64,000 bases of DNA from Lama guanicoe (Eukaryota). The position numbers and the translations under genes were made by a program. This document shows positions 13,046 through 26,450 of the stretch, one piece after another (the first letter of the stretch is position 1; every line of letters starts with the position of its first letter). The stretch covers positions 9,877,171 through 9,941,170 of the forward strand of contig MU055609.1 of the NCBI GenBank assembly GCA_013239625.1, written 5' to 3'. Below the pieces are notes generated by a model. The model searched no databases, was not told the DNA's origin, and saw only the letters and a program-made list of their open reading frames with translations.

Positions 13046-15050
13046 GCTGATTGAAAGACTGAATGTTGATGAATGGATGACCCCAGTGTGGGAGAGGAAC
13101 TTTCATGTCTATAAGGAGACCTAGGAAAAAGGAAGATTGCTAGAGAAGGTAATTTCTCACCTTGAGGGAAATACAGAGATCCTATTAATAATAGTAATGG
13201 CCATCATGAAAGTTTTACCTTTGAAGACAACATTTAAATTTGCAAAGAATGCCCATATATTTGTTTTGTTTCATTGAAAATTTTCCAAGCTATTTTCCTG
13301 AGCTACACTCAAGTTTGACCTCTACCACGACTACCTCAGCTGAGGCTGCACAGACATAGTGACAAGATTTTCTGAAATGAAATTCAGCACACGTGGCCAA
13401 TTCCAGCCTCTAGGGAACAGTGACAACAGAATGGAATACGACACAGGTATCATCCTGGGGAATCTGAGAGTGTGGTGGCGGTCAGTGGGCTCAGTCCACA
13501 ACTGGTCAGTGACAGCCAGCAAAGGTCTGACCCACGGGCACCCTTTGGGTTTGGCAGCGGGTAGGAGGAGGAAGGGGGTAGTGATCGATGAGGGTAATGA
13601 AAGGACAAGTGGGGACACACCCCCCCAGAGCAAGGCCACTCAGAGATGCCAGTCTGGGTAAGTCTGACACAACTAGAGTTTGGCAGAGTGAACTGGAGTG
13701 GCTTCCTGGGGGAGGTGAAGGTTGGTGCCTTTTGCTGTGGCAGGGTCACCAGAGGAGGAGCAGTCTGGTGGATGGGAGAGGGGGCGTGAAGTTGGGAAAT
13801 GATAAATGCTCTGAGGGGCCAGCTCATCCTGAAGTCTCTCTGTCCGTGCTTTTGCCTGTGCAGATCTCAACACCTGAGACATGCCCCTGTCTCTTTCTTT
13901 CCATCTTCTCCATCGACCTAAAAATCTTCCCATCCTTGGAGCTTTCCAAGGGTGAGGATGAAAGTGATGGGGTGGCCAAGGGATCCTGCCCTGGAAAAGC
14001 AAACCCACAGCTGGAGAGAGCAGGCTCCGCCCGCATCGCGGCTCCTGGCCGAGCTCCATGTCTTTCTGCATGTCTGGGACCAGCTCAGCCACCTTCCCTG
14101 CTTCCTCCTCCTCAGGCTTCCTGGTCAGCATGCCCAGCTGCCCACATTCCCCAGGATTCCTGTCTCCTCCATCCAGAAGAGACAATGTTAGCTGTGTGAC
14201 TTTAATCAACTCAGGAACCTCTCTGGACCTCAATTTCTTTGCCTGCAAAACAAATTTAATCATCCCAGCCCCTCCTGCCCCACAGGACTCTTAGAATGAA
14301 ATGAAATGCAAATGGCTACCTACTGAACATCTGTTAAAGGTAAACACGTTTTCCATGTTTCAGTAGAAACCAAACATGACAAAATTACATTAAGCTGATT
14401 TTTTAATTTTCTTCTCTTTGCTCATGGTAGTCTTTAATGTTGTTACAGTGAACAAGAATTACTTTTTAATCACGTGAGAAAACTAAAGATTGAAAAAATA
14501 AATTATACATAGGAACTGAGAAAAGTTTAGCATCTTGAAACTATACAGGAGCATTTCCTGTTTTGCTATTTCTTGTGGATCCTCTTTTATAAGAATTGTT
14601 ATCGTTATCATCACCATCACCATCACTGAAGATGAATTCTTATCCTCATCTTACAAACGAGGAAGCCCAGTCCCAGGAAGGCTAGCTTACTTGCCCAGAC
14701 ACACAACCAGTTACTGGCTGAGTCAGTTCCCAAATCTCTGGCCTCTAAGTCTAGTGGTCTTTACGTCACAGAACAAAACACTTTTACACGACATCTTCCA
14801 GAGGTAGACAGTGCTTACATTCAGTTTTTAATTATGCGTTTCCAACTGCCACGTATCTACATACACATAAAGTGACGCTTCAGCTATCTAGAACCTTTGA
14901 TTAATGCATTATTCCAGATACTTGAGCTTTCGGACAGCTACAGATTTAAGCACCAACTTCCTTTTTTAATTTTAATCATTCTTAGAAATTATTCTTTAAA
15001 AATATGTACTCCTTCCCTGACTTCTTAATCAAAGTATACAGATAGTAATG

Positions 15051-15390
15051 TACTCACAGGCATAGAAAAGAAACTTACGGTTATTGGGGGAAGGGGGTGG
15101 GAAGGGATAAATTGGGAGTTCAAGATTTACAGATACTAACCAATATATCTAAACAACAAGTTTATACTGTATAGCACAAGGAACTATATTCAATATCTTG
15201 TAGTAACTTATGGCAAAAAAGAGTATGAAAACGAATATATGAATGTTCATGTATGACTGAAGCATTATGCTGTACACAAGAAACTGACACAACATTGTAA
15301 ACTGATTATACTTCAATAAATATATATACATACAAAAAAGAAAAAGAATACTAAATTATGAATACAAAAAAGAAGAAAGAAAGAAAGAAG
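15051..15390 (+). mobile_element. Young LINE-1 3'UTR with A-rich tail
   Basis: GGGATAAATTGGGAGTTCAAGATTT..TATACTGTATAGCACAAGGAACTATATTCAATATCTTG..ACACAACATTGTAAACTGATTATACTTCAATAAA. Confidence 0.85.
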
Positions 15391-15519
15391 GTAATGCAGC
15401 CTTTCTTAAAGCCTAAAGGCAGCCACTCTAATCCCAGCTGGACCTGAATGTATACAAAACCTCATCATGTCCCTCCTTCCTCTGACCTCTGCTTTCTTAA
15501 TAATAATAATAATTATTAT

Positions 15520-15770
15520 TATAATTATAATAACTACTAACATTAATTGAGCACTTACTACATGCATTGTTCTAAGTAAATATTAACTCATGTAATTGTC
15601 CTAACCCTGAAAGTTGGATGTCATTACTCCTGTTTTATAGACAAAGCAAAGGAGGCCCTGAGAGGTTAAGTAACTCGTTCGAGGTCACAGAGCTGGCAGA
15701 CCATGAAGTCAGGACGTGAACCCAGGCAGTGTGGCTCTGGCGATGAGACCAGATGCTTCCAGCCATGGCC
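15520..15770 (-). mobile_element. MIR SINE
   Basis: AACATTAATTGAGCACTTACTA..GAGAGGTTAAGTAACTCG..AGGTCACAGAGCT..TGAACCCAGGCAGTGTGGCTC. Confidence 0.8.
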
Positions 15771-18700
15771 TGTAGGGCCTTATTCTTCACATCCAGAGAG
15801 GTGTTTGATGGGTACACGGATGCCAACCCCCAGCGTAGCCCGGGCTCTGAGAGAGCGCACACCCTTCTCCAGAAACTCCACACCGTCTTCCCCAGGCCAC
15901 CGCAGAGGCTTCATGGAAATTCTTCTTTCTTTTCTCTCCTCCCAGCTCCCAACTGTTACTGCAGCTTATGAAACTCAAAGATCCTCAGCCTTTCTCCTGT
16001 TGGCTCTCCGGCCCTGCCAGCTCTGAACTTTATACCTTCAGCCTTTTTCTGGCTCTTGACAAATGGAAAAAAAAAATCATTCTTAGGATTGATGTGTGTG
16101 TGTCTGTGTGTCTGCCCACAGAGAAAAAATGACATTTTTGGCCCTTCCTTCAACTCCCAGTTGCATAACACCGGAAGGGACTTGGGAGGGACTCAAGGAG
16201 GTGGCCACAGCCTCCTGCCCACCCACCCCCATCCCGCCACGGGCCACACAGCAAACCCCTCTGCTGCCCAATCCTTTCCCCTACCCTTCTGCAGGGAATT
16301 ACTGCTGTGGCCTCAGCCCCAACCTGGAAAATGTAGCATTCCTGCCCACCTTCCAACCTCATCGCCCACAACTCCCCGGCACAAACTTTTTTTTTCCAGA
16401 CAAACCAGGCTCCTCATTGATCTCAACACATGTTTCATGCTTTCCTACCTCTGTGCCTTTGCCCACACCACTTCCCCTCCAGGAATGCCCTCCCTTCTCC
16501 TCGCCCTATATCCAAACCTATCATCCTGTAGGCCCCACCGACGGAGGCAAGCACCTGACTAGCACCTACTGTGCACTGCAGCGCGGGGGATACAGCGATG
16601 ATTCAGGGAGGTAGGGGCCCTGCTCTCAAGACAGTTATGCAGCAGTGATTGTGCAATTGCAGATGGTGACAAGCCTTCACTGTACACCTGTGCTCACATC
16701 CCCTCTGCCCCGGGTGCCGCCACCATCACCTGGCAGTGCTCAGTAATAATGTCATTCCCTCCTTCCACCACCAAAGATTCTCTCCATCTTTAAGGCCTTC
16801 GCCCAAAGCCCACTTCCTCCAGGGAAGCTTCCAGAGCCTGACTGTTCAAATGTGATCATTCCTCCTCTGAACTTCTCCCCTGCTGGTTTCAGTGGCCCCT
16901 CTCTGTGGGCAGCCCTGGCTGAATCTCACGGTTACACTGACAAGGTGAGTGTCATCCCTGATCCCCACAGTCCTGGGGCCTCTGACCACAATTCCCTTCC
17001 ACTTACCTCCAGGTACCCAACAAAGACCATGACGTTCTATGGGTGCCTTGTCGTGGCAAGGTCTGGAAACACATCAGTGAAGCCAGGATGTTTTTAGGGC
17101 CCATTTGATGTTGCAACGTGCTGCTCACCAAAACTGAAATATCTCAGTGTGGACTGCCCAGATCTTTAAGTCTTTGCTGAGCAGTATCATTCTTATTGTT
17201 AAAGTCAAATTTTTTTTCTCAAGATTATTAACTTGGGTGGTTTTTTTTAAACCTTTAAATAGTTGGTAAATGGCTTGCTTGACAGACAAAACACAACGTG
17301 GCAAACAGATGCAGCTTCAACCAGCAAAAATCCCCTTGCCACTGAGTGGCCCCCAAATGTTCAGAAATTGGAACAATGAAGGTTGTTCATTAATGATTGT
17401 GGTTCGGGGGTAATTTGGTAAGAGAAGGCAAACTCAGTGAGGAAAGGGCCAAAGCAGGGTAAGGCAGTGTTCACTGTAGAGTCAATTTAAAAGGAGATGA
17501 AAGCTAAATCAAATTCTGTAATTATGACAAGCACGGAGGAGGGGATAGTATCTCATAAGGGTAACAAAAATCCAGTCCAAGATGCGATTGTGCCTCAAAA
17601 TTCTTGAAGAAACTGTCCAACTTTCTTGGGGTATTGGTTCCTCGGGGGAAGTTACTGCCCAGCCCTGATTGGAACAGCATGGATGGGTTTATGAGCTGGT
17701 GGGAAGCGTGGAAGCTTTGCTGCCCAGTGAAGTGGTGGTGGAGAGCTGCCACCAGCCCACCATACTCTCCTATGACAATTCCACGAGACGACCACCCAGG
17801 CAGTTCTGGGCTAGGGTGAGCAGGGCATGGGCAGCCATCTGCCACACTGAGGAGGATCTGCTCTACTCAGCCAATTGCTTTAGAACCCACTGTCCTTATC
17901 CCACATCAGAAGGGCAGATCTCATGGTCCGAGGACTCATCTCCCTCAGGAACTTGTGCTTAGAACACTCCGCACCCATATCTACATACAGAAAGCACTCA
18001 TGACTCATCCAACAGACCTATGACCAAAGGTGCAGATGTCATGAGGAGCAGAACACACCTGGAAGGCTTCCTTCAAGACGGAAGAACTCCTTCCTGCTGT
18101 TTCTGGCCAAGCCCCTGTCCAAGACAGGACTTTTCATGGGTGAGTTCAACAAACAAAAACCAATAACTGGAAGAGAAGTAGGACCACTCTCAAGAACATG
18201 AAGAAAGAGGTCCTTCTGGAGAATGGAAAGCTGTAGAAAGTCATGGTTATTATTATTAACTATTATCATGATTATTAACTTGGGGAGGAGGAGCAGAAAT
18301 ATTCACTGCGTCCTTACAAAAGAAAGCAGTCTGGTGATCATCAACAGACCTGAGCCATGGAGAATGGGCTTTTGGTGAATCTGGTCCCTTCCACTGCGCT
18401 AGGACGCTCCTTCCTGGAGTGGTCTGATCAGGAATCAGTTAACGTGATGCAGGAGCAGGCTAACAATAAAAACAATGCAATCAAAAGACCTAGGAGGCTC
18501 TTGTGATAACTTTCCACAGAAATGAAGGAAAGGACACTTGCCCACAATATATGACAATATACCAAGTTGTTCTGGATAAAAACAAACACCTCCAACGGCA
18601 CACATAGCTCAGTGCATGCTCAGTATACCAGTGCAACTGACGCGGTAATTCCTCTCTCCAAAAATTAAATGGGATCTCAAAAAAAGTAGAGGCTAGATGA

Positions 18701-21700
18701 AACAAAATCATGATCACTGTTAAATCTAACTGGTGGGTAGATAGGAGGTTCATTGTGACTGGTCTCTCTACTGCATGTGTGTGAAAATGTTCATGAAAAG
18801 CTTTGAACAGATGTTCTTAAAAATTCAGAGGCCTGGGACAGCTGCTGCTCCTACTTTTAAACACTGTCAAAGTCTTTGCGGTTTGGGGGACTGCTGATTA
18901 CCCCAGGCTTAGAAATACCCTCTTTGTAGTACATGCAAAATAAAGATTCTTGTGTCTTGTGTGATTACAGAAAAAAAGAGAAGAGGGACGGAGGGAAAGG
19001 GGGAAGATGGGAGGAAGGGAGGGCATGGCAGGAAGAGCACGAGCTTCCACAGGGGTTGGACGGAGTTCCCATTCCAGTCCCCTTTAGCTATATGACCATG
19101 GGTAGGTGTGCTGCACTCTCTGCGCATCTATTTCATCTTCCAGAAAATTAGGGTATTGTCCTCCACAGACGTGTTATGAGGTTATCATTAAATAATTGAT
19201 GTTGAGTACTTGGCACACAGTAGGCACTCAAGAAATCTTGACTATTCCCTCTTTGTAACTATCTGTGCTTTACAAAAACAGTCACATTCAGGAGATGCTA
19301 TGCTTTATAAAAGAATTCACCCCAGGGTCCCTTTAAGCTCTCAGCCCTGCTAGTGCATTTTAAACAGGATTGAGTTTGCAGAAACCCATTTACACAGGAC
19401 TTTTCAAGAACGCAGCAGCCAAGGCACTAATGAAGGCAGGCAGATCTACAGAGAGAGCTCCCTGGGCAGACTCTCTCAGATCCTGTCCAGCAGGATTCTC
19501 TGAAAGACTGGAAACTAAAAAACATCTTCTCTGAAAACCCTCTGGGAAGCCTTTTTTCCATTCATATTTGGAAGGACTCTGGTATATCCAGCTATGGGTC
19601 CAGGCTTATAAAGACAATAGCACTTGGCTAACAGCATTGGTTAACATTTATTGAGAGCTTCCTATGGGAGAGGCCCTGTTTTAATTCCCATGCATTATTC
19701 TACACAAGGCAATAAAAGCTGGTGTCTGTAAAACCACAACGAGTGCTTGCAGATGAGAGAAGTTCTTATCCCTAATTCCTCACAAAGATTCCTGTTGGTT
19801 GTTTTTTTTTTTTCCAGGTAGAGAAACCAAGGTACAGAATAGGTAAGTCATTTGCCTAAGGTTACCCAGCAGTAAATGATGGATTATAAGAACTACTCTA
19901 GCTCTGAAGCCCATCCTGTTACAGACTCACTGCTCCAAGCCCTCTCCCCTCTCCCCACCAGCACTCAATCCAGCAGAGACTGGACCATAGGGCAGAGGGT
20001 CCCTGCAGGAGGTACTTCCCCTGCCTCTGCCCCCTCCCCATCTCACTTAGCCTTCCACAAGCTGTTGTCAATTGCACTGAAGTATTTACAGCAACCAGCG
20101 ACCACTGACACCTCTGTCCACGTGGGCTATAATTTGATGCTCAAGCTGTTAAACAGCCGCTTTCAAGCACTGAGCTCTTCATACATGAGTGTCTCTCCCA
20201 AGAGCCAGGCTGGCTGCCTCTCAGCTGCTTCTGATGCTTGCACACCTCTCCTGCTGGCCCCAGGCGTGCACATGCGTGCACACATGCCAAATACGCAAAC
20301 ACACAGACACCTCCTCACATACACAATTACCATCATGAAATGATCCGAGTTCCCTGTTCAGGAACCACCAACGTGCACGACATGTATTACAGATTCCCAG
20401 CCCACCCAGTTCACACCTCTCTTGTCAGCAACGCACAAGGCGCTACAAGGATAATGGCTAGGATATTCTATGTAAAGCGGAAGGCACACATGAGTGACTG
20501 CTAGCAATGCCCATCTCATGTCTATTTCCATGAAATATGCCCTCCCTACGTATTTATGGGAAACTTATCCACGCACTCAACTCTGCATTAGTGTAACCAG
20601 AAAAGTACCAAATAGATTTTTTCACTTACTTGTGCTAAATTCATCTATCACTTGGATATACCTGTATCTGATCACTGTTTTATCTAAGTGGTGGGTGCAG
20701 AGGGAGTTCATTGTACTGTTCTGTCCAATTCTCTGTGTGTTTGGAACTGTTCATCCTGCTGAATATACCTAAACCCCTGACTCTACATCAGTGTGTCAGT
20801 GCCTGTGTGAGTTGTGGGCTAGGGTGACGGGTGTACATGTGCTCACACCCTAGCACGTCTGCCTCCGCAAGTGTGTTTGTACAGAGCAGACCCAGCGCTG
20901 TGGCTCTGTTGCCAGCCCTCTCCCCAGGGAGTCTTTGCAGAGTAGGGCTTCCCTCTGCATAACTATCCAAGAACAAATACATCAGAAGCCAGATCCCATG
21001 TTATCATTCCCCATTAATGCAGCAGTTGGTGGGGGGAGGCATTCTGAAAGAAGCAAAGGAGCAGGGAAAAGGGAGGGCAGAGGAAGAAACTGGGGCACAT
21101 CAGCCTAGAGAAGAATAGATTCAGGAACACAAACTCCCTGGCAGTCACCAAGGAGATGGCCCAAGGCCACAGACACTGACTGGTTGAGGGTCTGAGGAGC
21201 ACACAGGTATTCAGCCTCTCAGGGACTCTCTGGGGTCCACAGATTTAGGAAGACAGGGATCAGCCTCAGCCCCGCTCCTGGTGGTGAAGAGGTAGGGTAC
21301 CCAGGAGGCTCCGTGGGATGGAGGCGACTAAGCCCGAGATGAGAAGTCCCAAAGCTGCCTGCTGACAAAGGAGAATCCGACTGGGCACAGAGATCCAGGA
21401 AAGATAAATGCAGAGAAGGAAAGGGAGGAAGGAGGGAGGAAGGAGGAGGAAGGGGAAAAGAAATGTCTGAGTAAGATGATGGATGAGAAGACTGAGGCCC
21501 AAAGAGCACCCAGGGCTGCGTTGAAGGAGAAGGGAACTCTCACAGCAGGAGCAGATGGAAGGACTCAGGACCAGGGTCTCTCTGGCAGCCTCAGCAAGCC
21601 AATGACGAACAGCAGCTCCTGCCCTACTCACTAAGCTGCTGGGAGTCCCTGGGGCTAGACGGTGCAGAGGAGGGGGAGGGGTGAGCATACCTCCCTCCGC

Positions 21701-22289
21701 AGGCCTGGACCAGAGGACCTGACTGGAGGCCCAGGGAGGAGCAGGAAGCCAGTGGGAGGGAAGAAAAATACAATCTTCTTTGAGTCGGGGTGAGGGAGCA
21801 AAGGGACCCGCGAAGTCAGAAGATTAGAGTTCAAGTCCTGATGCTGCTATTTCCAGCGCAACCTTACAGCAGCCACAGAACTTTTCTAAGTCCATCTGGA
21901 AAATAGGGGCCACAGATGCCCATCTCAAGGTCCTGTGCGGACTAAAGAAGACAACGGGGATGGAAATGTTTTCTAAAGAGGTCTGTTCTCTTCCTCATTG
22001 ATGGAGATTGCCCGCAGGGGAGAAGCCCTGAGACACTGGGTAGAGATGACAGTGAGCAATTACCAACAGAGAGATTTTATTAACACTGCATGTGCTGATC
22101 CTTCCTGACTCATCCTGCAAAGGATTTGAGTTGGCCGAGAGGGAAAAATCCCTGACTGACTGAAGGGCAGATGGGTGAACAGAGGAACAAAGACAGGGGC
22201 AACAAGAGGGCAAGAGACCTCCAGGGGAAAAGGCAATGCCTTCAGACATTCAATTCAACATTTGCTTCCTAAGCATCTTCTGCATTGGT

Positions 22290-23250
22290 TGCAGGTGACT
22301 TTCCCCCAGGAGCCAAGACTGGCAAGGTGAGTCTACTCCTCCCCCTATTCCTTCTCCTCCTGCACACACAACCGGATGCTATTTCCCAGCCTCCTAGCAG
22401 TCAGGTGGAGCCATATGACTGGGTTCTAGCCAAGGAAAGTGGTAAAAGTGATATTTGCCACCTGCAGACCTGGCCCTTTAAAAAAATTCTCCCCAGAATC
22501 CTCTATTCTCTCTCCTCCTCTGCTAAGTTTAGAAGATCCAGTGAAGGATGTCAAGGGCTTGTAACTGGGGTCCACAACCCTCGAGGGTTCAATGGTAGAG
22601 TTTGTTATGTGGGAGAGCCATAAATTTGGATGAGAAAATTTTTATCTTTATTTTTACAAACCCTCAAACCAAGGTTTAGTATTTATTCAATTATAAAGAG
22701 AGGCAACAAACCCCAGTGGTACTCCCCACACCTGGAATTGTGATACCCACAGGAATCACAGGTATTTTTCTATATCATGTTAAGTGGCTGCAGAAATATC
22801 AGATTGTTTATGCTGAAAATATGTTGAAATAGTACTGTTAATCCTGTCGTTATTTTTTATTTAACTTGTTATATTATTATTATAGCAAAAATCTATTCTG
22901 TTGTTTTATCGCACATACTATTATATCATAAAACTTTTTGAATGTTTTGATACTTGAACTTCAATATAGTTGGTTTCTTTTGTAGTCTTTAGAATTGGAT
23001 TTTATGCATTAAAAATATTCTTCAGACTCCAGTAGCTTCACCAGTCTGCCCACGGGAGTCCGTGACACAAAAAAGAGTAGTCCTCCCCTAGAGAATGATG
23101 GAGCCCCTAGAGGGAAGGCCCTGGGTCACTGAGTGACTCCACCTGCCCACTGCCACACCACTGATTCAACACTTGGATTATGAGAGAATGAGAAATAATC
23201 TTTATGTATTAAACTACTGAGACTTTGAAGACCTTTTATAATACAGAGAG
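22290..23250 (+). mobile_element. MaLR LTR (old MLT1 subfamily) split by a Charlie insertion
   Basis: ATTTCCCAGCCTCC..GCCATATGACTGGGTTCTAGCCAA before the insertion; GAGAAATAATCTTTATGTATTAAACTACTGAGA after it. Confidence 0.65.
22552..23089. mobile_element. hAT-Charlie DNA transposon (Charlie4a-like), near full length
   Basis: Left end AACTGGGGTCCAC; internal AGGCAACAAACCCCAGT and AATCACAGGTATTTTTC; right end GCTTCACCAGTCTGCC..GTCCGTGACACAAAAAAG; resembles the recalled consensus. Confidence 0.75.
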
Positions 23251-25689
23251 GCGTCCTTGTGACTCCAGGAGGAATATAGGGTGGACCTCTCAGCTTAAGT
23301 TAACTTTCGACTCACTCTTAGCTCTCCTAAATGCCCTTGTTCATAAAGGATGGAATGCCCTGGCTGCCCTCCCCTCACACCCAAATGTCTACTGTCCAAA
23401 TGCTCCCAAATCTTCAAGGCCTAGCCTAACTGCCACCTCCTGCAGGAAGTCTCCCAGGCCTCCTCCCCATCCCAGAACTTATTGCCCCTGAACTGAACAT
23501 CACAAGCTAGCAACATCAGACTGTGAGCTTCCCCAGAGGTAAGAAGTCAAATAAATTCCCCTTCTGTTCCCCAACCTACATCCAGCCCGACAGTGGGTCT
23601 AGTTCACGGATGCCCAGCCACAGTAGGGCCAGTAAATGTTTGCTGCATGGGAGGCAGGTGAGTGGTCAGGGAACTGCTGCTTGATTCAGCTCTACTCCCC
23701 CATCAACTGGCCCAGGTCCACACAGTGTGTGCATGCTGAAGGAAAATGTACTCTGGGGTGGGGGGGTCAGTGGCCACTAGTGCTTTCCCATACTGGGGCC
23801 TCAAGTTCCTTTCTCTTGAGATTATTTCTGCTCAGCCTGGACTTCCAACCAATATATTTTGTCCTCTAGGTCTCTGTAGTTTGAGTAGCCAGATGAGGCC
23901 AGAAGTCATGAAGGAGTTAAAGACAAGATGAATCTGATGAAAGATACCTCCTGTGGGTCCCAGCTGAGTCAGCCTCTTCGGTCCCACATCCTTGAAAGCC
24001 ACTCCCTCTGCCCACCCCTCTCCTATCCCAGCCCACCTTCAACAGGCACTTGAAGCCTCTGCCCTTGGGCAGGGAGCACTCATCATCTCTGTGCAGTTCT
24101 GGAAGCTCAGCCCCACTCCCTAAACAGCCTCTGCACCATGGGAGAGTGGGGATGGCAGGGAAGTGGCTCTCTGGTCCCCTCCTTCAGAAGGTGTCTGTCA
24201 GCCCCAGCTCCTTCTAGAATGGAGATGAACTAAGCCTGAAACCAGGCTGCCTCTCTCCCTTCAGGTGATCTTGCCACACTGGGGCTCAGGGGCCCCCTGG
24301 CCCTGCCTGCTCCATCTCCCCCACCACACAGGGCACCAGAGACCATTATTGCTCTCTTAAGGCTCAAACTTGAGAATAACATTAACTCCACTTGTCTTTG
24401 AGCCATGTGACACATTTGGGGAGCACATCCACATACACATGGTTGATTTATTCACTCAGGCCTTGTGCCTTGTGCCAGGAACAGAGTGATGCATTGGATT
24501 CAACTCCTGCCCTCAAGGGGCTTCCAGTATGGTGAGGGAGGTGGAATAAGGAGAAAATACTCTCCAATGAGTTCTTTAAAAGCACCAGGGGCTGTAGAAG
24601 CCCAGAGGGTAGGATCTAACACCAGGCTTGGAGATGGGGTCAGAGAGGATGGAAGGCTTCCTGGAGGAAGTGACACCTGAGCTGGGAGTGAACCAGGTAG
24701 AAAGGGGAGAAGGGACAATCAGATGCATGAAACATAGAATCATTGGCTCTTGGGCGCATCATGGGGTAGATTCAGACTCCTGGAATCATTATTTTAATGA
24801 ACTATTAATTGTGCCAGGTGCCATGTGGGGTAAAGAGATCTCAGAATCAAAGGGATCTTATATCCCAAAGCCAGCCTGGCTTCCATACCCTGCTCCTGAG
24901 GGGCAGACTGACTCTTCTAACTCCAGGAAACTGAGGAGAGGGAAAGAGGTCTGAAGATACCCTGGGTGTCAGAATGAAGAGTAAATCCCTCCTGGTGGTG
25001 CTAAAGGAACTCTCTGGGATGGAAAAGAGCACACTGGGAGGGGACCCTGGCTCCCTGCAGATGCAGTGACTGATAGCCCAATGGTCAAAGCTCTGTCGAC
25101 TGGAGTCAGAGTCAAACAGGATGGAGTTTTGGGTGACTACCACTCTCCCCACCAGGTTCCAGCCTAGTAGAGGGGGGACGTGATTCACCTGCTAAATTAC
25201 ATCCTCCATCTATTCTCTCAAAGCCACAGGTATCCTCCCTTCAGAGCCCATATTACAGTTTTAATTAGATATGCACATGTTATGTTTCTTCCGCAACACT
25301 AGACCATCACCGCCCTAAGGCCCGGAACAACATCTGCTTCACCGCTGTACACTCTGGCACAACATGGGTAATAAAAGATTTGTTGAAATGAGTTGAGACT
25401 GATGGATGGATATGAAAGGACATTCCGCAGATGAAGGGCAGCCTCGTTTCATTTCACAGACAGGGACGTTGGGCCCAAGAGAGGGTAGAGTTGCCCCATG
25501 ATAGAGCTGCCAGTCGACACTGGGCTGGTGGGGTAGTAGGGAGCCTGTTGCTGGGGTGGGAGCACAGACACAGGAAGGCAAGCATACCCCTGGCCCACAA
25601 GATGCCCCAGCCTCCACAGAATCAGTTCCCTTGAGAAACTCTGCCTCCCCACCCTCAGCCACCCACCTTCAGGGCACGCCCAGCCTTCT

Positions 25690-26450
25690 CTTCAAACGGA
25701 GGTCCCAGAACTGGCCTATAGAGCCAGAGGGCAGAGCAGCGACCTCGTTGGGGGTGGGGGAAGGAGCCCCGTTTCGGTGGGTGCGGGAGCTAGCGGACCT
25801 ACCGCAAAGACTGGACAGCCTCGGGACGTAGTCTCTGCGGATAAGCCTTGCGAGCAGCGAGAGCCCGGAGCCAGCCTGATGGTTAGCCGAAGCACATCCC
25901 GTTAGCACGTTAGAACGGGATCGGCCTGGGTCAGTTGAGGGTCACTCCTGTTAGCGCGGGGTCAGGCCCGCTCAGAGCCGGGTCGTGCCGGTTAGCGCAG
26001 GGTCATCCCTTTTAGCGCTAGGTCGGCCCGCTTTAAAGCCAGAGCGTCCCGGTTTGCAGTCAACCTCTAACGGAGGGTCAGACCCGGCGTAGCGGGGTCA
26101 CCTCGGTTAGCGGCGGGAAAGCTCGGGAACTTTGGGGCCAGCGGCGCCCCCAGGTGGCTGGGCCCCGCCGGCGCTCCGGATCCGAGTCGGGGAGGGTTTC
26201 AGGAGCCTCATTCCTCTCACACGCGGGCGGGGAACCTCGCGGACCCAGGTCCCGGGCCTCGCCCTGCAGGAAGTGCTTCCGCTTCCCATTTTCTTTGTAC
26301 GCATCTTTGGGGCTCTTTCTGCTCACAGCAGGCAAATGCGTGCGGGAGCCCATCTAAGAACGAGAATCCTAGATGCAGGTGGAGAGCAGACAAGTCACCT
26401 GGAAACTTCAGCCCTGGCTCCAGCGGAAGCACGACAGAGCCCGCCCCTTC
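25690..26450. promoter_or_regulatory. Orphan CpG island about 10 kb downstream of FOXD2
   Basis: Abrupt CpG enrichment against CpG-depleted flanks; no credible CDS. Confidence 0.8.
25880..26115 (+). repeat. Degenerate 20-bp tandem array, consensus approx. GGTTAGCGCRGGGTCANCCC
   Basis: RGGTCR hexamers start at 25939, 25959, 25980, 26000, 26020, then 26075 and 26095; GTTAGC/TTAGCG recurs with them. Confidence 0.75.

Noticed and set aside
15497-15535. (TAA)n(TTA)n hairpin
   Set aside because: Simple-repeat tail adjoining a MIR; common and uninformative.
25880-26115. CRISPR-like array
   Set aside because: Eukaryotic DNA; degenerate tandem units without unique spacers or cas genes.
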